A DNA stretch of 41,916 bases, from assembly GCA_002716745.1 (NCBI GenBank), contig PBBW01000005.1:48927-90842 (forward strand), given 5' to 3'. Positions 7,808 through 16,256 of this stretch are shown one piece after another. Within the stretch, counting starts at the first letter, position 1. Every line of letters starts with the position of its first letter. Below the pieces are notes generated by a model, which made no database searches, had not been told where the DNA came from, and was given only the letters and a program-made list of their open reading frames with translations. The translations under genes and the position numbers were made by a program. The DNA comes from Gammaproteobacteria bacterium. GTDB lineage: Bacteria > Pseudomonadota > Gammaproteobacteria > Magnimaribacterales > TMED112.

Positions 7808-10111
7808 ATGAAAAAAATATTAACAGTTTTAATTTTTATGGCGACACTCAACTTAGTTGCCCAAGAAGTCGAAGAAGTAGTTGTTGTATCTTCACTTACA
7901 GATGCAAATGGCCAATTAAGTGAAATTGGCGATCCAATTCATGTGGTCAGTGGAGAAGATTTAGACGCATCGGCTACTCAAAGTTTAGGTGAGTCAATTG
8001 ACGAATTACTTGGAGTATCATCTGTAGATTATGGTGCTGCAGTTGGCCAACCTGTTATTCGTGGTTTATTAGATGGTAGAGTCAAGATACTAAGAAATGG
8101 TCTTAGCGTTGCAGACGTAGCAGGTATGGGGGCAGATCACCTAAATGAAGTTGATCTTTTTAATGTTCAACAAATCGAAATTATAAGAGGACCATCATCC
8201 TTGCTTTATTCAAAAGGTTCGATTGGTGGTGTTATAAATATCATTGACAATACTATTGCACAACGGGACTTTGATTCACAAAAAGTTAGTCTTGGTCTTG
8301 AGGCTCAAACTGTAAATGAAGGTGATTCTAAAAATTTTTCTTATGAAAATAATTTTAATGGAATAAATTTCAGCGTTTCTTACAAAGACTCACAATTTGG
8401 TAATTACGAAATACCTAATGGAGCAATCATTCATTCCGAAGATGAGCATGACGATCATGGCGATGAAGATCATGGCGATGAGCACGACGAGCACGAAGAA
8501 GATATGTCTGTTTTAGCTAACTCAGATTTTGGATCTACCACTTCAAGAATTGGTGTTTCAAGAACTGGTGACTGGGGCTACTTTGGAATTTCACTTGAGG
8601 ATCAAGAAACTGTATATGGCATTCCTTTTCATGGTGATGAGCACGGTGATGAGCACGGTGATGAGCACGGTGATGAACATGGTGATGAGCACGGTGATGA
8701 GCATGAAGGAGAAAGAATTTACGCTTTTACTGACTCTCAAGCAGTGAATTTAAGAGGTGGATTCATTGTCAATAATAGTATGTTGAATGGCATTGATTAT
8801 TTTTACAGAGATACAGACTATTCATTTTCTGAGCAGCATGCCGAAGAAGAAGGTCATGAAGAAGAAGGTCATGAAGACGAAGGTCATGACGATCATGGGC
8901 ATGAAGAAGGACCAACAGTGTTTAATAATCAAGCACAAGAATTTGGTGCCATTTTTGATTTTGCTGTTTCTGGAAACGTAAACTCATCTAAAGTTATGGT
9001 GAATTATCTTGCAATGGATGAATCAATAGTAGGGCACGAAGCTTTTATGGATCCTGTTGAAAGTGAAAGTTTTAACATTGGATATTATGTTAGCAGAAAC
9101 CTTCCTGGGGACTTTGACTTAGATTTAGGTTTTAGATATGACCAAATAAATAGAAAAGGTTCAGTAACTGAAGAACATCATGAGGAAGAAGGTCATGACG
9201 ATCACGGTGACGAAGATCATGGCGATGAGCATGATGAAGACCATGAAGAAATGGAAGTAGAATACTTTGATAAAGACTTTGATGAATTAAGTTTTTCAGC
9301 AAGCCTCAATAAGCAATTAAATGATTCTATGGTGGTTAATTTTAGCTTTTCTAGTGTTGCAAACGCACCATCAAGTACAGCAATGGCTATGAATGGACCG
9401 CACTTAGCTCGTGGCAGATTTGAAACTGGTGATGTAAACCTTTCAGCGGAGAGAGCTTCCAACTTTGAAGGCACATTGTTTTATAATGATGGAGATTATT
9501 TTGGGCAATTTACTTTATTTCAAAATAGTATTGCTGATTATATTTATCTTCAAGACGAGTTAGAGCATCACGACGAGGATCATGGTGATGAAGATCATGA
9601 TGAGCATGGTGATGAAGATCATGATGAGCATGGTGATGAGCACGGAAATTTAATCCATGCCGATTTTCTTCAACAAGATGCTGATTTTAATGGTTACGAA
9701 TTTGAATTTGGTAGAAGGTTTAAACTTGCGTCGGGAGAGCTAGAGGTAAGTTATGGTAGAGATGTAGTGAATGGTGAGTTTTCTAACGGAGAAAATGTTC
9801 CAAGAATTGTCCCTGCAAGAAATCTTTACAATTTGTCATATGTTGGTGGGGATCTAAGTTTAAATCTTACCCTTAAGGATGTAGAAGCTCAAAAAGACAT
9901 TGGTGATGGTGAAACAGCCACTGATGGATATAAGATGCTTAATCTTTTAGCAATGAGAAATTTTAATCTTTCATCAGGCAATAATCTGAAAGTATCAGTA
10001 TTTGCTAATAATATTCTCGATGAGGTTGGAAGAAATCATGCATCATATGTTAAAGATGAGGTCCCACTTCCGGGATTGAATTTTGGTGTCAAATTTAGAC
10101 TAGATTTTTAA
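7808..10111 (+). CDS. TonB-dependent receptor, ZnuD-like (Zn or other divalent metal uptake), with five His/Asp/Glu-rich loops
   Basis: Strong SD AGGAGGT; signal peptide; plug motifs QPVIRGL, IEIIRGPSSLLY..GSIGGVIN; YGIPFH; GPHLA; RNHASYVKD; terminal Phe. Confidence 0.88.
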   Translation: MKKILTVLIFMATLNLVAQEVEEVVVVSSLTDANGQLSEIGDPIHVVSGEDLDASATQSLGESIDELLGVSSVDYGAAVGQPVIRGLLDGRVKILRNGLSVADVAGMGADHLNEVDLFNVQQIEIIRGPSSLLYSKGSIGGVINIIDNTIAQRDFDSQKVSLGLEAQTVNEGDSKNFSYENNFNGINFSVSYKDSQFGNYEIPNGAIIHSEDEHDDHGDEDHGDEHDEHEEDMSVLANSDFGSTTSRIGVSRTGDWGYFGISLEDQETVYGIPFHGDEHGDEHGDEHGDEHGDEHGDEHEGERIYAFTDSQAVNLRGGFIVNNSMLNGIDYFYRDTDYSFSEQHAEEEGHEEEGHEDEGHDDHGHEEGPTVFNNQAQEFGAIFDFAVSGNVNSSKVMVNYLAMDESIVGHEAFMDPVESESFNIGYYVSRNLPGDFDLDLGFRYDQINRKGSVTEEHHEEEGHDDHGDEDHGDEHDEDHEEMEVEYFDKDFDELSFSASLNKQLNDSMVVNFSFSSVANAPSSTAMAMNGPHLARGRFETGDVNLSAERASNFEGTLFYNDGDYFGQFTLFQNSIADYIYLQDELEHHDEDHGDEDHDEHGDEDHDEHGDEHGNLIHADFLQQDADFNGYEFEFGRRFKLASGELEVSYGRDVVNGEFSNGENVPRIVPARNLYNLSYVGGDLSLNLTLKDVEAQKDIGDGETATDGYKMLNLLAMRNFNLSSGNNLKVSVFANNILDEVGRNHASYVKDEVPLPGLNFGVKFRLDF
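8630..8701 (+). repeat. In-frame 12-bp tandem repeat CAYGGTGATGAR x6 encoding (HGDE)6
   Basis: Read directly from the sequence, inside the TonB receptor. Confidence 0.95.
9581..9640 (+). repeat. In-frame 24-bp tandem repeat CATGGTGATGAAGATCATGATGAG x2 plus a partial third copy (HGDEDHDE)
   Basis: Read directly from the sequence. Confidence 0.9.
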
Positions 10112-10118
10112 TTTCTTT

Positions 10119-10152
10119 TGGGAGAGGTTTCGGCCTCTCCCACACTCTTTTT
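10119..10152 (+). terminator. Rho-independent terminator after the ZnuD-like receptor
   Basis: TGGGAGAGGT-TTCG-GCCTCTCCCA hairpin followed by CACTCTTTTT. Confidence 0.8.
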
Positions 10153-10205
10153 AAACTCTTTAATTTATATTAGATGGTACTATTAAATAAGTACTCTATT
10201 ACTAA

Positions 10206-12788
10206 ATGAAAGTGAACTATTTAAAAACCATACTTTTTGCATTCTTTTTTTATGGTTCTTTCGTTTCAACTGCTGATAAAGATATAGAAGAAGTACTGGT
10301 TACAGGTTCTTATATTAAAGATGCGGTAGATTCCATAGGCCCCCTAGAAGTCTTGTCAGAAGACGATTTTATATCACTCAATATAACGAATTTAGCTGAG
10401 ATTAGTAAATACTTAAATATTGCATCAGGGTCACATTTTCAATCAAATACTTTGGGCGGTGTTGATCAAGGCATGTCATCAATTACATTGAGAGGCTTAG
10501 ATCATGCATCTACTCTGTTACTTATTAATTCAAAACGACATACTTTTGCTGGCACTCCTTCCAATGAGGGCGAAGGGTATATAGATTTAAATATTATTCC
10601 TGAAATCTCTTTTAAGAGAATTGAGATTTTAAAGGAAGGTGCAACTTCGTTATATGGATCGGATGCAGTGGCAGGAGTTGTAAATTTTATAACACATAAA
10701 GATTTTAAGGGTTTGAAGATTCGTTTTGGAGACCAAACAACAACAAACTATAATCAAAAAGACCAAAATATAGGTCTGCTTTATGGACAAGAGTTAAATA
10801 ATTGGGATTTAGTTTTTGCTGCAAACCTACTTGATAGGGCACCATTATCTGCTTCAGAAATCCCAAATATTGCAGAGTTAGCATTAAGCGGTCTTGGAAA
10901 CACATTTATTACTACTGCAGCTGATGAAATAACAGAAGGAAGATACGAAGGTGTCTATGAAGCAAATCAAATAGTTCCTGATCCAAATTGTGTTGAGAAT
11001 GGTGGTATTTTGCAGGGGTTTTGTAGATTTCTTTATGGGACAAGATTCAATATAGTTAATACTGAAGACCACTCAAAATTTTATTTGAATCTGAGCAATG
11101 ATATTCATAACCTTTCATTAATTGCCTCAAATGTCAGAGTAATCGATAATCCTCAGTCACCCTCTTATCCTGCGTTACCCTACTTAACAAGACTAATTCA
11201 ACCAGGTGAAGGATCCTCACCATTCAATACACCAGTAAAATGGCGAGGCCGGCCATTAGGCTCACAATATGCTTCCCCATTTTCACCAAAAGACATAAAA
11301 CAATTTCACTTAAATTATTCGTATTTTACAAAAATAGAAAATATTGATTTTGAATTTTCTTTGTCTACAAGTGAGCATCAGAACAAACACAACAGACCAG
11401 ATATTATTGATTCAAGATTTCAAAGCGCAATGCAAGGCAGTGGCGGCCCATCACAGAACGAAACATGGAATATTTTTGAACCAGAGCTAAATAGTCAATC
11501 ATTAATTGATTATGTAAGAGGAGCCGAAATTTCAAATAAAACTGGAAGCTTATCTGTCTTTGATGTAATTGGGAGAACAGAACTATTTAATTTTGATTTT
11601 GCATTTGGCTCACAAATTAGTGATGAAAAATTAGATATAAGCTATAACGAGATAGCTCGTGCTGAATTTGATCGTGATGGAAAAATAATTAAAACAGCAG
11701 ATCTTTTTTTCCTTGGCGGTGGAAAAAATGTTTCTACAAATAGAAACAAAGTAGCATTCTTTTTAGAGGGAAGGACAAATTTAGTAGAAGTCATTGATAT
11801 AAGTTTGTCAGGCAGATATGAAGAGTCAAAAAATTACTCGTCTTTTGATCCAAAGGTTTCTATAAAATCAACATTTAATGAAAATATTTTTTTAAGGGGT
11901 TCATTTGGTTCTTCTTTTTCGATGCCATCAATGGCTCAAATGTTTTCAAGTAATATAAATCTTGGAAGTGTAAGAGATATTGAAGGTAACATCTTTGTTC
12001 GACAGGCTCAGATTGGCAACCCTGATCTCAAGCCCTCCACAGCTGACAATTCAAATTTTGGAGTTGTTCTTGATTATAAAAACAGAGTTTTTACGATCGA
12101 CTACTGGTTAATAGATTATAAAAATAGAGTTGAATCGCAAAGCTCACAGGCATTGCTTTTAAGCGATCCGTTTGGACCAAGTATTACTAGAAATGACGAA
12201 GGGGAATTAATTGGAGTTACTACAACTTACTTTAACGAAACGACAACAAAACTTTCTGGTTTTGATTTTTCATACGACGAAAATTTAATTCTGGAAGACT
12301 ATGGGAAGATTAATCTCTCTGTAAAAGGTACAAGTTTTATTGAATTTTTAACTCCTGAAATTGGAGCAAATCCGTCTTCAAATCTAGTTAATAGGGTAGG
12401 AAGGTTTAATTTTGATGCGAATACACACTCTATACCAAAGTACAGAATCAATTCATTTCTAAATTGGAATTATGATAACTATGAGGTTGCCTTAAATACA
12501 AGATTTATTGATGGCTATATAAATGAAAGAAGTATTCCTGAGAGTGCATTGAATCAAGGCTATAAGAATAAAATTGATAATTTCTTGGTTTTTGATTTAA
12601 CTTTTAGACAAAACTTCCCACAATTTTTTGACAATATGAATTTTAAAACTTCATTCTCAATAATTAATATTCTTGATGAGCAGCCACCAAAAATCTACGA
12701 TGCGCCTGATTTTAGTTTTGACACAAGAGTTCATGACCCTAGAGGGAGATTAATTAATATTCAATTTGAACTCGCCCCAAAGAATTAG
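10206..12788 (+). CDS. TonB-dependent receptor
   Basis: TonB box EEVLVTGS; plug ITLRGL...TLLLINSKR; IEILKEGATSLYGSDAVAGVVNFIT; GNPDLKP; SIINILDEQPP; DPRGR. Confidence 0.92.
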   Translation: MKVNYLKTILFAFFFYGSFVSTADKDIEEVLVTGSYIKDAVDSIGPLEVLSEDDFISLNITNLAEISKYLNIASGSHFQSNTLGGVDQGMSSITLRGLDHASTLLLINSKRHTFAGTPSNEGEGYIDLNIIPEISFKRIEILKEGATSLYGSDAVAGVVNFITHKDFKGLKIRFGDQTTTNYNQKDQNIGLLYGQELNNWDLVFAANLLDRAPLSASEIPNIAELALSGLGNTFITTAADEITEGRYEGVYEANQIVPDPNCVENGGILQGFCRFLYGTRFNIVNTEDHSKFYLNLSNDIHNLSLIASNVRVIDNPQSPSYPALPYLTRLIQPGEGSSPFNTPVKWRGRPLGSQYASPFSPKDIKQFHLNYSYFTKIENIDFEFSLSTSEHQNKHNRPDIIDSRFQSAMQGSGGPSQNETWNIFEPELNSQSLIDYVRGAEISNKTGSLSVFDVIGRTELFNFDFAFGSQISDEKLDISYNEIARAEFDRDGKIIKTADLFFLGGGKNVSTNRNKVAFFLEGRTNLVEVIDISLSGRYEESKNYSSFDPKVSIKSTFNENIFLRGSFGSSFSMPSMAQMFSSNINLGSVRDIEGNIFVRQAQIGNPDLKPSTADNSNFGVVLDYKNRVFTIDYWLIDYKNRVESQSSQALLLSDPFGPSITRNDEGELIGVTTTYFNETTTKLSGFDFSYDENLILEDYGKINLSVKGTSFIEFLTPEIGANPSSNLVNRVGRFNFDANTHSIPKYRINSFLNWNYDNYEVALNTRFIDGYINERSIPESALNQGYKNKIDNFLVFDLTFRQNFPQFFDNMNFKTSFSIINILDEQPPKIYDAPDFSFDTRVHDPRGRLINIQFELAPKN

Positions 12789-12804
12789 GGATATAATATC
12801 TAAC

Positions 12805-13623
12805 ATGAAATTCGTTCTAGTTTTATTTATCCTAATACTTTATATAAAACCTACTAAGGCAAATGAAAAAGACCATGAATTGTTAATGGCAACATTATTT
12901 GTTCAATCGTCGGCTGAATTTTACGCAAATTCAAAATCCTTATACAGTTCTGCTCAACAAAATCTTCTAGACGTGCTTGAAAACAAAAATCATACTGCTG
13001 CCCTTGAGCAAATGGGAAATTTTCAAGACAAACCACCAGCAATTATTTTAGATGTCGATCAAACAGTCTTAGATAATAGCGCCTATCAAGCAAGGCTAAT
13101 AAAAAATAATTCTTCTTATCCTAATGGTTGGGTAAGTTGGGCAAAAGAGGAGAAAGCTGAATTTCTTCCAGGCGCACTAGAATTTATAAAATTTGCTCAA
13201 TCAAAAGGCGTAGAAATTTTCTTCGTAACGAACAGAGTTATAGAAATTGAAAATGCAACCCTTAGTAATTATGAAAAGCTAGGTCTAAAACTTTCATCAC
13301 GAGTTGATCATATATTATCTAGAGGAGAGAATGGATGGGATTCAAATAAGACTTCAAGGAGGGAACTAGTTGCAAAAGATTACAGAATATTAATGATGTT
13401 TGGCGATAACTTAGGAGATTTTGTTGATATTAAAGATAATTTATTAACACCTCAGAAAAGAGTAGAAATCACAAAAAAATATGATGATTTTTGGGGTATT
13501 TCTTGGTTTATGTTTTCAAACCCAATGTATGGAGCATGGGAGGGAGCTATTATCGATTTTGATTATTCAGTTCCTAGAAATAAAAAATTAGAGATGAAAG
13601 AATTATCTCTTGATGCAAAATAA
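12805..13623 (+). CDS. e(P4)-family 5'-nucleotidase / class C acid phosphatase (HAD)
   Basis: AIILDVDQTVLDNSAY, FVTNR, GDNLGDF, NPMYGAWE; N-terminal signal without a lipobox Cys. ATG 12805 preferred. Confidence 0.88.
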   Translation: MKFVLVLFILILYIKPTKANEKDHELLMATLFVQSSAEFYANSKSLYSSAQQNLLDVLENKNHTAALEQMGNFQDKPPAIILDVDQTVLDNSAYQARLIKNNSSYPNGWVSWAKEEKAEFLPGALEFIKFAQSKGVEIFFVTNRVIEIENATLSNYEKLGLKLSSRVDHILSRGENGWDSNKTSRRELVAKDYRILMMFGDNLGDFVDIKDNLLTPQKRVEITKKYDDFWGISWFMFSNPMYGAWEGAIIDFDYSVPRNKKLEMKELSLDAK

Positions 13624-14875
13624 AAAATTTCCAAAAAATATGACATCTTTTTTTTCAAAAAATACATTTAACTCTGGTTTATTTTTCTTCTTTGTCTTAT
13701 TTTCTATATTCGTTTTAAGGCCTTTTAGAAATACAATTGCTGCAAATATTGGAACTGCAGATTTGCCAATCTATCTAATATTGATTGTCTTTTTGATGTT
13801 AGTTGCGAACACAGTTTACTCTTTAGTAGTATCTAGAATTAGTCTTAAAAATCTAGTTCAGTCAATCTATGGATTTTTTATTATTTGCCTTGGGGCATTT
13901 CTTTTAATCTATTCGTATTTCCCTGAAAACAATGCAATAAAATCAACATTTTATGTGTGGTATAACATATTTAATTTTTTTATAGTTGCAATTTTTTGGG
14001 CCATGACTGTCAATTCTTACGATATAGAGGATGGTAAAAAATTCTTTGGGATAATAAGCGCTTTCGGTTCCTTAGGCGCCTCTTTTGGCGGACTACTTGT
14101 CGATAACTATTTATATGACAAAGAAAACCTGTCTCTAATGATTACTGTTGCATCTCTATTGCTAGCAATTTACTTTTCATCAAGGGTTCAAAGAAAGAAA
14201 GTAAATTTAAATTTTTCTTCTGAAACAAATTTATCTAGTTCTTTTGAGCAGTTTTCTCAAATAAAAAGTAACCCACTTATAAGGAAGTTTATTTTATATG
14301 CTTTTGTATGGACGTCTTTATCAACTGCCTTATGGTTTTTCCAGCTAGAGATTATAAATAGTTACACTAACGACTCAGATATAAAAACGAAAATCTTTGG
14401 AAGGGCAGACTCTATTGTTCCTTTGCTGACATTATCTATTCAGCTTCTACTGACCTCCTCGATACTTAGATCGAAATACTTTGGTATTAAATTCGTTCTT
14501 TCAATTTACGGAGTCATTTTTAGTTGCGCATTCTTAGCTATTTCCGGTTATTTCTCTGAATATTTGTTGGCATCATCTGGAGTTTTAGTTTTTCTTGTTT
14601 TGCAGGGGGTAATAAGACCTTTCGAATACGGTCTAAATAAACCAGCTAGGGAAGCGATTTATACCACTCTAACATCAAAAGAAAAATATAAATCTACGGT
14701 TTTTATAGATACTTTCACAAATAGGTTTGGTGATGCCACTGGTGGTCTTCTTTTTAACCTTCTATTGACACTAGGATTTGTTATGTACACAGCTCCGTTA
14801 GCATTAATTCCTTTGTGTTTATTTCTTGTATATCTTGGATTATCGATATCAGAAAGTGTCAAGAGTGTTAAATAA
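13613..14875 (+). CDS. Npt1/Npt2 (TLC)-like nucleotide transporter, MFS-type membrane protein
   Basis: VLRPFRN, FYVWYNIFN....FW, KKFFGIISAFGSLGASFG, YGLNKPARE.IYT....EKYKS..FIDT...RFGD. Start could be 13613 or 13640. Confidence 0.75.
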   Translation: MQNKKFPKNMTSFFSKNTFNSGLFFFFVLFSIFVLRPFRNTIAANIGTADLPIYLILIVFLMLVANTVYSLVVSRISLKNLVQSIYGFFIICLGAFLLIYSYFPENNAIKSTFYVWYNIFNFFIVAIFWAMTVNSYDIEDGKKFFGIISAFGSLGASFGGLLVDNYLYDKENLSLMITVASLLLAIYFSSRVQRKKVNLNFSSETNLSSSFEQFSQIKSNPLIRKFILYAFVWTSLSTALWFFQLEIINSYTNDSDIKTKIFGRADSIVPLLTLSIQLLLTSSILRSKYFGIKFVLSIYGVIFSCAFLAISGYFSEYLLASSGVLVFLVLQGVIRPFEYGLNKPAREAIYTTLTSKEKYKSTVFIDTFTNRFGDATGGLLFNLLLTLGFVMYTAPLALIPLCLFLVYLGLSISESVKSVK

Positions 14876-14948
14876 TTAAAAAAAAGGGCGATTAAACGAA
14901 ATATTAGTTGATATTTTTTCTTTGACACATAAAATATCTTCTTTGCTT

Positions 14949-15353
14949 ATGCTTACAAAAGATAAAATCTTAAAAGCTCCTAAGAAAAATTATATGAATA
15001 AGGAGCAACTTCATTTCTTTAGAGATTTACTTGATGATCTCAAAAAAGAAACATTAACTCACATCAAAGATGCAAAAGATCGTCTGAGCAATCCTCCTGC
15101 ATGTAGTGATGAAGTTGATAGAGCGCAGCACGAAATAGACTCAATGTTATTCCTAAGGATTGTCGAAAGAGAATCAAAATTACTTCCGAAAATAGATAAA
15201 GCTATTATGAGGATCAAATCTGGAGACTATGGATATTGTTTAGAATCTGGTGAGCCTATTGGTCTTGCAAGACTAATTTCTAGACCAACTGCTGAATTTT
15301 GCGCAGAAATTAAAACAATTAACGAAGAAAAAGAAAAACATTTTGTTGATTAA
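14949..15353 (+). CDS. dksA: RNA polymerase-binding factor DksA, two-Cys (DksA2-like) variant
   Basis: YMN..QL.FFR; coiled-coil tip DEVDRA; finger region C-LE-S-x17-C-AE-I. Confidence 0.9.
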   Translation: MLTKDKILKAPKKNYMNKEQLHFFRDLLDDLKKETLTHIKDAKDRLSNPPACSDEVDRAQHEIDSMLFLRIVERESKLLPKIDKAIMRIKSGDYGYCLESGEPIGLARLISRPTAEFCAEIKTINEEKEKHFVD

Positions 15354-15403
15354 GAAAATTTTTCCCCCTTTCTAAATCTCTCTACCCCTACTAGAATAAA
15401 TAT

Positions 15404-15832
15404 ATGAGTAATTTTTTAAGTGTAATTTCCAATTCAAAATTAGAGGTACTTTCAGTGCTAGCACTTCGAGTCACTCTCTCATTATTAATGTTTTCACATG
15501 GAGAGGGGAAGCTATATTCACTCATTGAGGAACCAGAACAACCATTAAACTTTATAATGAGAATGACTTTTTTTAGTGACTTTCCACTTATCTCCTCTTG
15601 GATAGTGGCAGTTAGTGAAGCAATTATAATACCTGTATGCATTCTGGTTGGCTCTTTTAATTTTATTGGCGACTTAAATAAAACCATCTCTACGTTTGGT
15701 GGCTTAATCTCAACAATTCTTATGCTGGTGATAATTTTTGGATTTCATATTGATGTTTTAGAACAAGGTTGGGCTGACTTCAAATATCAAATATCACTTT
15801 TAGCAATTTCAATATATTTCTTATTTAAGTAA
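15404..15832 (+). CDS. DoxX family membrane protein
   Basis: LRVTLSLLMFSHG..KL motif and about 4 TM segments. Confidence 0.7.
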   Translation: MSNFLSVISNSKLEVLSVLALRVTLSLLMFSHGEGKLYSLIEEPEQPLNFIMRMTFFSDFPLISSWIVAVSEAIIIPVCILVGSFNFIGDLNKTISTFGGLISTILMLVIIFGFHIDVLEQGWADFKYQISLLAISIYFLFK

Positions 15833-16071
15833 TGCTTAGATTCACAGTGGCTACAGTGATTTCCACAGTTTTGCTCTCTACAATCATGTCAGGGCTAGTA
15901 AGTTTCTTTATCACCGCTTTAAATACAGGTGATTTTCCACCAGATTTAGCACCCTGGATCAGTTCATGGATGTTGGCATGGGCTATTGCTACCCCAATCG
16001 TTTTTATCACTGCACCCTTTTCCAAATTTGTGGCCAATAAACTTTCTGATGACCCAAGAGATAAAGAATAG
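15832..16071 (+). CDS. Small two-TM protein, DUF2798-like
   Basis: MS.LVS...W..SW.LAW.IA.P pattern; TAATG stop/start overlap with the DoxX gene. Confidence 0.65.
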   Translation: MLRFTVATVISTVLLSTIMSGLVSFFITALNTGDFPPDLAPWISSWMLAWAIATPIVFITAPFSKFVANKLSDDPRDKE

Positions 16072-16110
16072 TTGTATTTTTTGCTTTTGATATTTATTAT
16101 TTGAGGTCTT

Positions 16111-16186
16111 GGGGCTATAGCTCAGCTGGGAGAGCGCCTGCTTTGCACGCAGGAGGTCTGCGGTTCGATCCCGCATAGCTCCACCA
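16111..16186 (+). tRNA. tRNA-Ala (TGC)
   Basis: GGGGCTATAGCTCAGCTGGGAGAGCGCCTGCTTTGCACGCAGGAGGTCTGCGGTTCGATCCCGCATAGCTCCACCA with encoded CCA. Confidence 0.98.
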
Positions 16187-16256
16187 TTTTCGTTATTGTA
16201 TTCGACTTAAATTATGACAGAATCTAGGGAGTAATTATTAATTTATGAAAACATCT

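Noticed and set aside
8529-8981. Alternative-frame ORFs with MSTV and KKVM repeats; possible CRISPR-like array
   Set aside because: These are out-of-frame readings of the His-rich coding repeats. There are no unique spacers and no cas genes.
10177-10194. GTACT-N8-AGTAC inverted repeat upstream of the second TonB receptor
   Set aside because: The arms are only 5 bp and no second copy was noticed, so it cannot be distinguished from chance.
3808-16110. Integrative element or prophage at the tRNAs
   Set aside because: No integrase, transposase, phage gene or duplicated tRNA 3' end was seen. Kept only as a possible variable region.
15964-16176. 70-aa minus-strand ORF (DRTADLLRAKQALSQLSY)
   Set aside because: Antisense translation of tRNA-Ala.
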